DNA from: Desulfurococcaceae archaeon
GTDB taxonomy: Archaea; Thermoproteota; Thermoprotei_A; Sulfolobales; Desulfurococcaceae
DNA: 64,000 nucleotides
NCBI GenBank assembly: GCA_038888155.1
Contig: JAWAJB010000002.1
Coordinates: 1-64,000 of the forward strand
Direction: 5' to 3'
A model generated the notes under the pieces. That model was not told the DNA's origin. It was given only the letters and a program-made list of their open reading frames with translations, and did not search any database. Made by a program: the position numbers and the translations under genes. The number at the start of each line of letters is the position of its first letter. The stretch's first letter is position 1. Shown here piece by piece: positions 43,263 through 53,069 of this stretch.

Positions 43263-43669
43263 TACTCTGTCACCTCTTCAGTTAGGGTTTCTACTAGTTG
43301 CTTAGCGTCAACAGTTCCGGACAACCTGTATGTTTGAATAATGCTAAACGCAATAAGGGCATTTACAGCGAGGCCTATGACAATGCCAGTGAGCACTAAT
43401 GCCTGCGGGAGAGGGTCTGAGGCGTGACTTACAAGGAATTCTTGGTCACTTTGGTCGAAGCTGCTGTATACAGGTGGGACTATAGGATGTGTGAATATGA
43501 ATCCCACCAATATTATCGAGACAAAAACAGTATCTGATAGGATTGTGAGTCCAATCAATTTCTTAACCAAGCTTCTTTTGTAAACAATGCCGTAAATTGA
43601 CAGCAAAGCGTTAATCAGTAAAGTAAATACCAGTAGAACATAGGTGTACTCTTCAAGCATAAATCCCAC
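43262..43669 (-). CDS. mnhC: Mrp/Mnh subunit C
   Basis: DPLPQALVLTGIVIG. Confidence 0.92.
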   Translation of the reverse strand: MGFMLEEYTYVLLVFTLLINALLSIYGIVYKRSLVKKLIGLTILSDTVFVSIILVGFIFTHPIVPPVYSSFDQSDQEFLVSHASDPLPQALVLTGIVIGLAVNALIAFSIIQTYRLSGTVDAKQLVETLTEEVTE

Positions 43670-44399
43670 CTGTCGCCTCTCTGTAAAACTCCTCAGGTAC
43701 AGAAAGGTAGAGCGCTATGGCCGTGAAGCCCGATGAAACAGCTAGAAACTCCAGTACGTTATATATTGATATAGAACCGCTGAGCGTCAGACCAGCTACT
43801 TGAAATGGATAAAACCTCAGATTAGTTACTATCTCCAATCCTTTAGTTATGGGCAAGAGCGCAGTTAAGCCTATTCCAGTAAGGGCCAAACCTCTAATAG
43901 CCACTAGCTTAGTTGACGTAATACCTCTGTCAAGTACAGTCTGAATCGAGAAAACTGGAATAATGAGCATAGTGGATATAGCTAGCGCTGATCCCCCTGG
44001 GAATCCTCCTCCAGGTGTCAAATGACCATGTAGAGCTATAGCTACTGATATCGTAGCTATTAGTAGTGCGATCATCTTGGTGGATGTCCTAGCTAAAAGC
44101 GTTAGCCCAACTCCCACGCTCTTAGCTAGCTTTTTACTTGTTCCAAATAAAGATAGTCCACCAACTATGGCTAGATACAACACAGCGGTCTCGTAAATTG
44201 TATCTAGTCCACGATAGTCCCAAACAATCGCAGCAACAGCCTCAGGACTTCCAGCGCCGAGCAATGTATCTCGAACGTAAAACAGGCCAAGTTCGCGGTT
44301 GACTCTTGGAACTGCTATTTCCAAATACGCAGTAACAATTAGTGGAACTGTAGCCGCGGTTATCAGCAACATTATTGCGATGAACGTCCTAAGGGTCAT
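43653..44399 (-). CDS. mnhB: Mrp/Mnh subunit B
   Basis: WDYRGLDTIYE; GHLTPGGGFPGG. Confidence 0.92.
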   Translation of the reverse strand: MTLRTFIAIMLLITAATVPLIVTAYLEIAVPRVNRELGLFYVRDTLLGAGSPEAVAAIVWDYRGLDTIYETAVLYLAIVGGLSLFGTSKKLAKSVGVGLTLLARTSTKMIALLIATISVAIALHGHLTPGGGFPGGSALAISTMLIIPVFSIQTVLDRGITSTKLVAIRGLALTGIGLTALLPITKGLEIVTNLRFYPFQVAGLTLSGSISIYNVLEFLAVSSGFTAIALYLSVPEEFYREATGGIYA

Positions 44400-44653
44400 T
44401 TACCTGTCCCCTCAAATCTCTCTGTTTTGCTAACAACGTAAACAAGTATAGCAGAGTACAGACCTACCGAAACAGCGATGTATGTCATTAATATGTCAGG
44501 TGTAGCCATAGCTTGGAGTATTATGGCGTAGCTAATACTCTGTCCTGCAGAGAAAACCACAGCCTTAAGCAGGTCTTTCTCTGTTAAAGCCATGTATACA
44601 AATACTAGACCTAGCAGAGAGGCAAAGGATAAAATCAGTAGCGTGAGGATCAA
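44396..44653 (-). CDS. DUF4040 / MbhD-like small antiporter subunit
   Basis: KDLLKAV...ATPDILMTYIAV. Confidence 0.85.
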   Translation of the reverse strand: MILTLLILSFASLLGLVFVYMALTEKDLLKAVVFSAGQSISYAIILQAMATPDILMTYIAVSVGLYSAILVYVVSKTERFEGTGK

Positions 44654-45009
44654 GCCTTATCATCCTCTCTGAGTGCATCCACTACAGGGCTCCACTGAAC
44701 GCTCCTTGACTTGTGGGCAGCATATGCGAGTACGTGGCTTCCTATGGGCGCTACTATGAGTAGCAATATAGCAGTGGCAAACGCGGCCCCCCCTATTGTA
44801 AATCTACCCGGGAGCTCTGGCAGACCTAACGACATTAAGGAGATCCCTATAAGTGGTATCACGGCCCCATAAATAGCCCCTATTGTTGCTGCATGAAGTC
44901 TAACGTAAAAATTAGGGAACCTCACCATGCCAATTGCAGCCAATAGGTCGAAAATACCACCGACAATAAACAATATTGATCCTACCCAGAATAATAGTGG
45001 CTCAATCAT
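44650..45009 (-). CDS. mnhG: Mrp/Mnh subunit G
   Basis: RFPNFYVRLHAAT; PIGSHVLA. Confidence 0.92.
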   Translation of the reverse strand: MIEPLLFWVGSILFIVGGIFDLLAAIGMVRFPNFYVRLHAATIGAIYGAVIPLIGISLMSLGLPELPGRFTIGGAAFATAILLLIVAPIGSHVLAYAAHKSRSVQWSPVVDALREDDKA

Positions 45010-45284
45010 ATGCCAACCTCCTTAGTAATGAGGTACTTAGAAATATACACGTCCAGAAGATATACCCAAAGCGCAAGCATTATAGGGGGAGCAATTAAGA
45101 ACCCAGTCCTATAGTAGAGAGATAGAGCCGCGAGAAACACAGCTAGATCATATGATACACAGTCAACGGCTAGCACCATATCTGGTATGGTGGGCCCTCT
45201 TAAAAGCCGAACCGCGTACAAGATAATAGCCGCTAGATATAGTGGCGCTCCAATAAGCACCACAATCTCGAGATACTCATACAT
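45006..45284 (-). CDS. mnhF: Mrp/Mnh subunit F
   Basis: RLLRGPTIPDMVLAVD. Confidence 0.9.
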   Translation of the reverse strand: MYEYLEIVVLIGAPLYLAAIILYAVRLLRGPTIPDMVLAVDCVSYDLAVFLAALSLYYRTGFLIAPPIMLALWVYLLDVYISKYLITKEVGI

Positions 45285-45550
45285 GGTTGTATAGCCCTGT
45301 ATCTTATAAAAAGCCCTAGGGCTTAAAAGCTTGGAAATCGTCTATAAGCATAGCTCACACTCGCGCTTGCGTTATTCTCCAACTTAAGATTTTTTGATGA
45401 CGCCTATTCACTCAATATACTTCTGTCCCTTGGCAGGTGAGGTAAATAAACTAATTTGTTTTTTAACCCCATGAAATGTAATAGGAAATATAGCCGGGGT
45501 ATACTACCTTTCGAGAATAAGCTAGGAACAGAATTTCCGGGTGCTCAATT

Positions 45551-45880
45551 ATGTCAGCGCAGAGGGCGAAATCTAGGAAAGTAGATAAAAAAGAGAGGGC
45601 CGAGGAATCGGTAAAAACAGGCGAAGGCGCCTCACTCCAAACAACGGTTAATTTACAAGAAGTAATTAAGAGAATCGAGGGCGAGGCAAGTAAGGGGACA
45701 GCAAAATACTACACTCCCTACACGCTAGCCCAAGCACAGAGCATTAAAATTAGCGACGCAAAGAGAGCACTAAAAGAAGCCTCTAATCTAGGTATACTGA
45801 GACTGCACGATGCAGGCAGGAGATCGCCAATATACATCCCTGTAGTTAAACAAAAGCAATCTAAAGAACACGAAAAATAA
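45551..45880 (+). CDS. rps25e: 30S ribosomal protein S25e
   Basis: Basic N-terminus; YTPYTLA...IKISDAKRALKE...RRSPIY. Confidence 0.85.
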   Translation: MSAQRAKSRKVDKKERAEESVKTGEGASLQTTVNLQEVIKRIEGEASKGTAKYYTPYTLAQAQSIKISDAKRALKEASNLGILRLHDAGRRSPIYIPVVKQKQSKEHEK

Positions 45881-45904
45881 ATAAAGAGAACGATAGAGTC
45901 AAGA

Positions 45905-46960
45905 TTAGTGCGGCGGTCGTCCAGCCTGGATTAGGACGCCGGCCCCCCAAGCCGGAGATCCCGGGTTCAAATCCCGGCCGCCGCACGCTTCTAGTTTATT
46001 TTCCATTAAGGGGTAATGGCAGAAAACAAGATGCGTATCGCTTATCTTAATGCCTTCGGGTTCAGCCTTTCTGCAATTCTCTCTACTGAGTGGACATCTT
46101 GGATGCAATCTACATCCACTTGGCAACTCTAAGAGGCTTGGGACATCACCGTGTATCCTAATCTGTAGTGTTCCGTTTTTGCTGAAATACAATGATGGAG
46201 TAGAAGACAAGAGATGTAGCGTATACGGGTGTTTGGCTTCTTTTACTATTTCCTCAGTTTTTCCAACCTCCATTATCTTCCCTAAGTACATTACGACAAT
46301 CTTGTCGCTAACCAGCGCAGTTATCGGGAGGTCGTGGCTTATGAAGAGCATTGAGAAATTATATTTAGACTGAAGCTGTCTGAACAGGAGAGCTATTCTG
46401 GCTTTTATAGATGCATCGAGGGCTGATACACTTTCATCGGCGACAATGAACTCTGGCTTTACTGCTAGAGCCCTTGCTATAGCCACTCTCTGCTTCTGCC
46501 CGCCGCTAAGTTGATGTGGGTAGCGATTAAGCAATTCCTCGGTTAAGCCGACTTTGTAGAGCAAATCGATTACACTATCGCTAGAATTGCCTTCACCAGC
46601 TAGCTTTAGTGCTTCGAACAATGTTTGTTGAACAGTAAGCTTGGGGTTTAACGACGAGTCGGGGTTTTGAAAGATCATTTGAAACTTTCTACGATTTTCC
46701 TTGATGTAATCGCTTAGGGGTCTTTTTCTAACAGATATCTCTCCACTATCTGGCTTCTCTAGTCCTACAAGGAGCCTACCTAATGTAGACTTTCCCGAGC
46801 CCGACTCTCCAACACACCCCACAATTTCCTTATCGCGTATCTGCATGGATATGCCATCTAGAGCTTTTAAGTGGTGTCTCTTCATGGAAAGCGGGGACGA
46901 AGCCCTGTAGTATTTTTTAACGTTGGATACGTTAATGAAAACTCTATCAATTTCCTCCAT
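45905..46960 (-). CDS. oppF: Oligopeptide ABC transporter ATPase (OppF); C-terminus runs antisense through tRNA-Gly
   Basis: GESGSGKST, LSGGQKQR, HPYT, GCRLHPRC. Confidence 0.93.
   Translation of the reverse strand: MEEIDRVFINVSNVKKYYRASSPLSMKRHHLKALDGISMQIRDKEIVGCVGESGSGKSTLGRLLVGLEKPDSGEISVRKRPLSDYIKENRRKFQMIFQNPDSSLNPKLTVQQTLFEALKLAGEGNSSDSVIDLLYKVGLTEELLNRYPHQLSGGQKQRVAIARALAVKPEFIVADESVSALDASIKARIALLFRQLQSKYNFSMLFISHDLPITALVSDKIVVMYLGKIMEVGKTEEIVKEAKHPYTLHLLSSTPSLYFSKNGTLQIRIHGDVPSLLELPSGCRLHPRCPLSRENCRKAEPEGIKISDTHLVFCHYPLMENKLEACGGRDLNPGSPAWGAGVLIQAGRPPH
45910..45985 (+). tRNA. tRNA-Gly(CCC), with C rather than U at position 33
   Basis: GCGGCGG acceptor, GTCC/GGAC D stem, CCGGC-CCCCCAA-GCCGG anticodon arm, GGGTTCAAATCCC T arm. 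Confidence 0.9.
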
Positions 46961-47942
46961 AATTTTTCACCCCAACCCTATGACATGCAACAACTCTGTC
47001 ATCGAGCCTCAAGGGGGAAGGCTCCTTAATGTCACAAAGCCCTTTAACGCAACTAGGGCAAACAATGTGAAATGGGCACCCGTTAAACGGTATTATAGCT
47101 GGGTTTTTGTCGAGTTCGTTTGATGTTGACTCAAGGGATAGTTTCGTTCCCCTCGGTATTGAATTAACTAGGTACTTAGTGTATGGGTGGTATGGACTCT
47201 CTACTATCTCTCCTGGTCTACCTATTTCTACGATCATTCCTCCGTACATTACAACGACAAGATCAGCAAAGTCGTATGCAACCCCTATGTCATGAGTAAT
47301 CATCATAATTGAAGAGCCTCGCTTGTTGATATCCCTTAGGAGGTCCAGAATTTCAGCCTGCACTGAGACGTCCAGAGACGAGGTAGGTTCGTCGGTGATA
47401 ATTAACTTAGGAGTCCTCGAGATAGCTATTGCAATCATTGCTCTTTGCTTCTGCCCGCCGCTTAGTTGATGGGGATAACTCCTAGCAATTCTAAGCGGGT
47501 CTGGGAGCTTGACTGTTTTGAGTAGCCCACCAATTTTCTCTTGGAGTTGCCCCTTAGCGAGCTTTTCGAGCTTCAAAGCCTCACTAACTTGGAAGCCAAT
47601 CGTGTAAACAGGGTTAAGGCTTGTTGAGGGGTTCTGAAAGACCATGGATATTTCTTTGCCCCTTATTTTGCTCAATAGCTTATCATCTGCTTTCAATAAG
47701 TCAATGTATTGTCCGTTAAACTTGTAGAGTGCAGTTCCCGAGTCTAGGACTAGGTTATCTGGCTCAAGTCTAACAATTAGTGAGGCAAGCGTTGACTTAC
47801 CAGACCCGGATTCTCCGACAACGACTATTTTTTCTCCACGAGTTATCTTAAGGTTTACGCTCCTCAGAACCTTAATTGAAGAGCTACCTACCACATACCG
47901 GGCACTAAGGTTTTTTATCTCTAGTAGGATTTCGCCGCTCAC
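46947..47942 (-). CDS. oppD: Oligopeptide ABC transporter ATPase (OppD)
   Basis: GESGSGKST, YPHQLSGGQKQR, DEPTSSLD. Confidence 0.94.
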   Translation of the reverse strand: MSGEILLEIKNLSARYVVGSSSIKVLRSVNLKITRGEKIVVVGESGSGKSTLASLIVRLEPDNLVLDSGTALYKFNGQYIDLLKADDKLLSKIRGKEISMVFQNPSTSLNPVYTIGFQVSEALKLEKLAKGQLQEKIGGLLKTVKLPDPLRIARSYPHQLSGGQKQRAMIAIAISRTPKLIITDEPTSSLDVSVQAEILDLLRDINKRGSSIMMITHDIGVAYDFADLVVVMYGGMIVEIGRPGEIVESPYHPYTKYLVNSIPRGTKLSLESTSNELDKNPAIIPFNGCPFHIVCPSCVKGLCDIKEPSPLRLDDRVVACHRVGVKNYGGN

Positions 47943-48793
47943 TTCTTAGTCACCTCCCTTCTGCGTGGATCCATGTAATCGCTTAGGGCATTCCCCAGTA
48001 GGTTGAAGCCCAATATTGAGAGAACAATGAAAAATCCAACAGTCAGTATTATGTGAGGCGCAACTGTCATGTAGTTCTTTGCTGAGCCAATCATAGCGCC
48101 CCATTCAGGGATAGATGGGTCCAAACCGAGGCCAAGGAAGCCAAGGCTGGAGGCCGTTAATATTGCGAAGCCTATGTTAATTGTTCCGTTTCCAACGATG
48201 ATGGACATTATATTGGGCAGCATATGTCGAAACAGTATTTTTATCGTACTCAATCCGAGCAGCTTAGCTGCTATTATGTACTCAGCGTTCTTGAGCTGTA
48301 GGGTCACAGACCTTACAAGCCTTATGAACCCCGGTATCTGTCCGTAAGCTATAGCTACAACAATATTGATTACTGAGCCGCCCCAGAGCGCAACCATTAG
48401 TATGGCCAATAGCAGTCCCGGGATTGAGAGCATCATGTCTGTTAACCTAGAGATCAACATGTCTGTAATCCCCCCATAGTATCCGGCCATTAAACCGAGT
48501 AGACAGCCCAACGCAATAGCTAGTAGGGTGCTAAGTAGTGCAATTAAGAGAGTCAGCCTAGCTCCATATATAATTCTTGAGAGCAAATCCCTCCCAAGTT
48601 CATCAGTGCCCAGCAGATGCTCTGGACATGGGGGCATTCTTGCCTTAGACAAATCAAAAGTATACGGGCTGGAAGGTGCTAGCACTTCCGCGAAAACTGC
48701 AAATAGTACCATTAATGCTACAATAGCAAAGCCCATGAGCCCGCCTCTGCTCTTAAGGAGGATATAGCGTACAGCCTGACTCATGATTGTCAA
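47939..48793 (-). CDS. oppC: Oligopeptide ABC permease (OppC/DppC)
   Basis: HLLGTDELGRD, EYIIAAK, LGFLGLG...PEWG. Confidence 0.94.
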   Translation of the reverse strand: MTIMSQAVRYILLKSRGGLMGFAIVALMVLFAVFAEVLAPSSPYTFDLSKARMPPCPEHLLGTDELGRDLLSRIIYGARLTLLIALLSTLLAIALGCLLGLMAGYYGGITDMLISRLTDMMLSIPGLLLAILMVALWGGSVINIVVAIAYGQIPGFIRLVRSVTLQLKNAEYIIAAKLLGLSTIKILFRHMLPNIMSIIVGNGTINIGFAILTASSLGFLGLGLDPSIPEWGAMIGSAKNYMTVAPHIILTVGFFIVLSILGFNLLGNALSDYMDPRRREVTKK

Positions 48794-49737
48794 GCCTCGA
48801 CTCTTATTCTGGGATCTAGTGCTGCGTAAAGCAAGTCGACGGCGAAGTTAATGACGTTGTAAATTAGGGCTAGGATGAAAACAGTGCCCTGGATGAGCGG
48901 GTAATCCCTTACCGAGATAGCGTCCACTAACAGCTTGCCCATACCGGGCCAAGCAAAAACCGTTTCAGTTACAACCGCTCCTCTTATGAGGGCCCCGAGC
49001 TGGAGTCCGATCATTGTCACAACGGGTATTAGAGAATTGCGAAGAACGTGAGCTACGAAAACTCTTCTTTGATGCAAACCTTTTGATAGTGCGGCCTTGA
49101 CATGATCAGCGTAGAGGTTCTCAACGACAGCGGCTCTAGTCGTCCTTATTATAGGAGCTGAAAGGGGTAGAGACATCGCTATCGTTGGTAGGATTAAGTG
49201 TTTTGGCTCTCCCAGTCCGCCAGCAGGTAACAACCTTAAGTTTACAGCAAATAGGTAGATTAGCAGTATTCCAGTCCAGAAAACGGGCAGGGCAGATCCA
49301 ATCGAGCTTAGAATTAACGCAACACTATCTATCCAACTGCCCCTCTTGAGTGCTGATAACACTCCTAGTGCGATGCCCATTAGCGTAGATGTAACTAGGC
49401 TCGTTACAGCTAGGATCACTGTGTTAGGGAGTTTGCTCATAATTTCCGCGATAACGGGTCTCTCTGATCGAATCGAAATACCGAAATCAAATCTAATCAA
49501 GCCGACTATATAGTTGTATAACTGCTCATAAAAAGGCTTGTCCAGTCCATACCTCTGTCTAATTTCTTCCACCACTTCTGGTGGGGCGTCAAACCCCGCT
49601 AGTAGTCGGGCGGGATCGCCAGGTGCAAGCCTTAAGAGCAAAAACATGATAACTCCTGCTGAAAAAACAACAAAAAACATAGATAGGAGTCGTTTAGCTA
49701 AAAAAGCTACGGCGCTCATATTTACTTCCCCGTCCAC
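48790..49737 (-). CDS. oppB: Oligopeptide ABC permease (OppB/DppB)
   Basis: PGDPA, YGLDKP, ETVFAWPGMG, RDYPLIQG, LDPRIR. Confidence 0.94.
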   Translation of the reverse strand: MDGEVNMSAVAFLAKRLLSMFFVVFSAGVIMFLLLRLAPGDPARLLAGFDAPPEVVEEIRQRYGLDKPFYEQLYNYIVGLIRFDFGISIRSERPVIAEIMSKLPNTVILAVTSLVTSTLMGIALGVLSALKRGSWIDSVALILSSIGSALPVFWTGILLIYLFAVNLRLLPAGGLGEPKHLILPTIAMSLPLSAPIIRTTRAAVVENLYADHVKAALSKGLHQRRVFVAHVLRNSLIPVVTMIGLQLGALIRGAVVTETVFAWPGMGKLLVDAISVRDYPLIQGTVFILALIYNVINFAVDLLYAALDPRIRVEA

Positions 49738-51335
49738 TCGGCGAATGTTAGATCTATCATTTCATATGGGTACAGCACAACGTTCTTCAAGTCTTTACTA
49801 GACACTATTATGAAGTATTGGATGTGGAGGTATATGACTGGAGCTTCCTCCCAAAGTATTGCGTTGAGCTGTTTGTAGATGTTCTCTCGGATCGCTGGAT
49901 CAGCCGTAGACATACCCTCTTCAAGAAGTCGATCCACTAGGTCGTTTTTGTAGAAGTGTGTGTTAAAGCCGTTGGGTGCGATGAACTGCGAGTGGAACCT
50001 CTGGTACAGGTAGAAGTGCGGATCTGGCGTTGAGACTGCCCACCCAAGAACATACAGCTGAAGGGTAGTTTCATTTAGGGGTTTAAACAGCGAAGACACA
50101 TAGGTTGGCCAGTCAGCAATTGTTTTGAGCTCAACATCTACTCCTACCTGCCTTAAGTACTGAGCAACGGCATCGGCAATCTCTTTATCAAATAAGTACC
50201 TTCCTATAGGCGTCTGTAACGTAATTTTGAACCCATTCGGGTAACCTGCATCGGCAAGCAATCTCTTCGCCTTCTCGGGATTGTACTCGTATGGACCGAG
50301 CTTAACATAGCTCATTACGTTATCGGGAACAGGCGATGACATAACCTTTCCTAGGTTAAAGAGAACATTTTTCACTATTGCTTCTTTATCTACAGCGTAG
50401 TTTATTGCTTGTCTAACTCTTACGTCTTGTAGAGGACCGTATTGCGTATTAATGCCTATATACACAATCCTAGTTGATAGTGTCTTTAGCACGCTCACTT
50501 GAGGATTGTTTTCAAGACTTTGAATGTCAGCAGCTGGAGGTTGCATAATTAAATCCAATTCATTAGAGAGCAATTTGGCTAGCCTAGTCTGAGGATCAGG
50601 TATTACCTCGAATATCAGCGTATCAAAGTTTGGAGTTCCTCTCCAGTACTCCGAGTTCTTAACAAGCACTATTTTCTCTCCGCGCACCCACTCTTGGAAC
50701 TTGTATGGACCAGTGCCTATTCCTTTAGGTTCTTGGGATATTTTATCTCCAAGCTCTTGGGCTGACTTAGGAGATATAATATATGCACCGGTTAAAACCG
50801 ATATGAAGGGTCCAAACGGGTGCTTGAGTGTTACCGCAACAGTGTGTTCATCAATGACATCTACTCGATCTATAACTAGGTAGTTCGCTCTACCGGGAAC
50901 CCTTACATTGGGGTCGAGAATTCTCTCGAGCGTAAATTTCACAGCTGATGCGTTAAATGGGGTACCGTCGTGGAACTTTATGCCTTTTTTGAGCTTTATT
51001 GTGTACACGCGTCCATCGCTAGACACGTTGTAGCTTTCTGCGAGCCATGGTACGATCTCCCCTCTTTCATCTGCAATGAATAGCGGCTCGGATATAAACC
51101 TCACAATGTTGCTTATAGTTGTTGTGGTTTGTCCCGCTGGATCTAATGTGTCTGCATCAACACCTATGCCTATTCTCAAAGTTGTTTTTTTGGCGGTTTG
51201 TGAACCTGGGGAAAATGGATTAAATATGTAAAAAACTAATCCAACTGCAACTAACCCAACTATAATTATAGCTAACAAACCCTTGGCCCTACTCGAGCCT
51301 CCCACATTTTGTGGGTTATTTTCTTCTCCGAACAC
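49722..51335 (-). CDS. oppA: Peptide ABC transporter substrate-binding protein (family 5), N-terminal membrane anchor
   Basis: TLDP, PWLAES, KFHDGTPFNA, GTGPYKF, VRQAINYAVDK. Confidence 0.94.
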   Translation of the reverse strand: MFGEENNPQNVGGSSRAKGLLAIIIVGLVAVGLVFYIFNPFSPGSQTAKKTTLRIGIGVDADTLDPAGQTTTTISNIVRFISEPLFIADERGEIVPWLAESYNVSSDGRVYTIKLKKGIKFHDGTPFNASAVKFTLERILDPNVRVPGRANYLVIDRVDVIDEHTVAVTLKHPFGPFISVLTGAYIISPKSAQELGDKISQEPKGIGTGPYKFQEWVRGEKIVLVKNSEYWRGTPNFDTLIFEVIPDPQTRLAKLLSNELDLIMQPPAADIQSLENNPQVSVLKTLSTRIVYIGINTQYGPLQDVRVRQAINYAVDKEAIVKNVLFNLGKVMSSPVPDNVMSYVKLGPYEYNPEKAKRLLADAGYPNGFKITLQTPIGRYLFDKEIADAVAQYLRQVGVDVELKTIADWPTYVSSLFKPLNETTLQLYVLGWAVSTPDPHFYLYQRFHSQFIAPNGFNTHFYKNDLVDRLLEEGMSTADPAIRENIYKQLNAILWEEAPVIYLHIQYFIIVSSKDLKNVVLYPYEMIDLTFAEWTGK

Positions 51336-51422
51336 CTAACTCACCTTGGTACCTATTGTGGGACATACGCGCTAGTGGAAAGATGTATAAAGTAAAAACG
51401 AGATCGAGGGAAACAAATAATA

Positions 51423-51467
51423 GTTTATATAGAGAATAGGGTGGCGGGGGGTCTTAGTAGACCCCCC
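51423..51467 (-). promoter_or_regulatory. TATA box of the opp operon with an adjacent perfect GC-rich palindrome
   Basis: Minus-strand TATATAAA at about 51424-51431; GGGGGGTCT-TAGT-AGACCCCCC at 51446-51467. Confidence 0.5.
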
Positions 51468-51889
51468 ATAAAATAATGTATGTAACAACAACAATAGCGA
51501 CTAAGAAAATAGCAGTGTTAGATGAGCGAAGGTGGATCGATCGGGAGAGGCGCAACTCCTTTAAAGCCGAGGCAGTGCGCCCCCAACGCAATACACCGGA
51601 TCCACCTATCAGCTCTTGACGCATTAAGTGCACCGTGCTTATTGAATATCTTCAAATCCACTCTTTGCTTGTTCTTTTCTTTTAGTAAGGAGGGGGTATT
51701 TAAACTTTTCTCTCCAATGGAAGCTTTTGTCCTTAAGGGATCTTCAATTAAATTGAGTAGCCTTAACACAAAACTTATAAAGTTTCTCTTGTAAAAATTA
51801 GCTTCAGCGTTCATTTGAGGAAAGCGCTATTTGCGTCTCTCACCCAGTGGCTCGGTAAGCGGTCTCTGAGCTTACAAGCCCTTCGATAG

Positions 51890-53069
51890 CCTTAATCAAC
51901 GATGATCTCACCGTTTGCGTGGGTAGATTTTGCATAGGATTTTTCCACCAATTTTTTTGTGTCTAAGTCTCCCGAATTGGCCGCATAAAGTGTTGCAGTT
52001 ATAACAACATTGATTAGAGCAGTGTGCGGTCTACTTAACATAGATATACTACTATTAGATCAGCTTTTTACATGGTGCTATTTAACCGATCTCTGAGCTC
52101 ATCTTAATGACATTCGCACTATTAACTGTGGTCGTTCTCAAGAACGTCTATGTAGTGTTCCCGACTTTGTCCTAGAATGGAAGGTCAAATACTGCTCGAT
52201 GGCAACAGACGCTATTCTCACATCTTTGTGAATATATTCCGGGGTAAATACCCCTCCATTCTCGAGGCAACATTGATCTTATACTCAATCATCATCGGAA
52301 CCTATTAGCGGCGTACTGTATGTGTTTAGATCTGGAGAAATACACAACATTGGCGTCGCTCTATGTACTAAATGCGATGTAATGATGGTAGCGCATTCTA
52401 AAGCTACATCGCGAGAGAGGAACCCTGTACTGTATAGTCAATTGATGAACTCACCCCCGTGTTACGAGGCAGTAATCTACTTTGGGTATTGACATAGATA
52501 TCTGTGGTTATTTTAGCATTTTACTTGTCCTTGAGATCTTTAAATAAAATATACAGTTCTCAGCCACACGTTAACATTTGACTAAGCGAAAACCATGCTT
52601 TGGCACGTTCGTTATTTCTTTGCGCTTCAACTAGCCCCTAATGCCCAGTAAGAATAGCCGCCCTTCTAACTTCATAGGCATAGGGAGCACCTGCTTCTAG
52701 AAAAGCTGTAATGCCGCGCTCTATCACGTTGAGCTGCGAAAGCGCAGAGACCAAGTATACGTCCTCGAGCTTTAAGAAGCTTTCATATGAAATAAGATAT
52801 GTCAGCTAAACACGAGGTATTGCCGTCTCCTGATCTGTAATTAATCCCCCCATTAGTATTTGTGTATTATGTGTGTGAGCATCTACAAAGCCATGGAGCA
52901 CGGCGGCACGTTCGTACCTTAAAACAACATCTAATCGGTATTTGCCTACAATATCTTCAGGTTGACCTAAAGCAGCAATTTTATTTCCGTTTATTGCAAT
53001 TGTACCAATATTCGATAACACCCATTGTGAATCAAGAGGCAATACGTACTTAGAAATTACCATACCCAT
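51890..53069 (-). pseudogene. Amidohydrolase (MTA/SAH deaminase-like) pseudogene
   Basis: GFVDAHTH in the first fragment; in-frame TAG at 52806-52808 continues as LTYLISYE...RGITAFLEAG; later stops/frameshifts with KADLIVV and NGEIIV remnants. Confidence 0.85.

Noticed and set aside
45394-45440. TTGATGA C-box-like motif upstream of rps25e
   Set aside because: No properly spaced D or D' boxes
51518-51814. Overlapping 98-aa and 90-aa ORFs on opposite strands
   Set aside because: No convincing family motif or SD; probably decayed DNA
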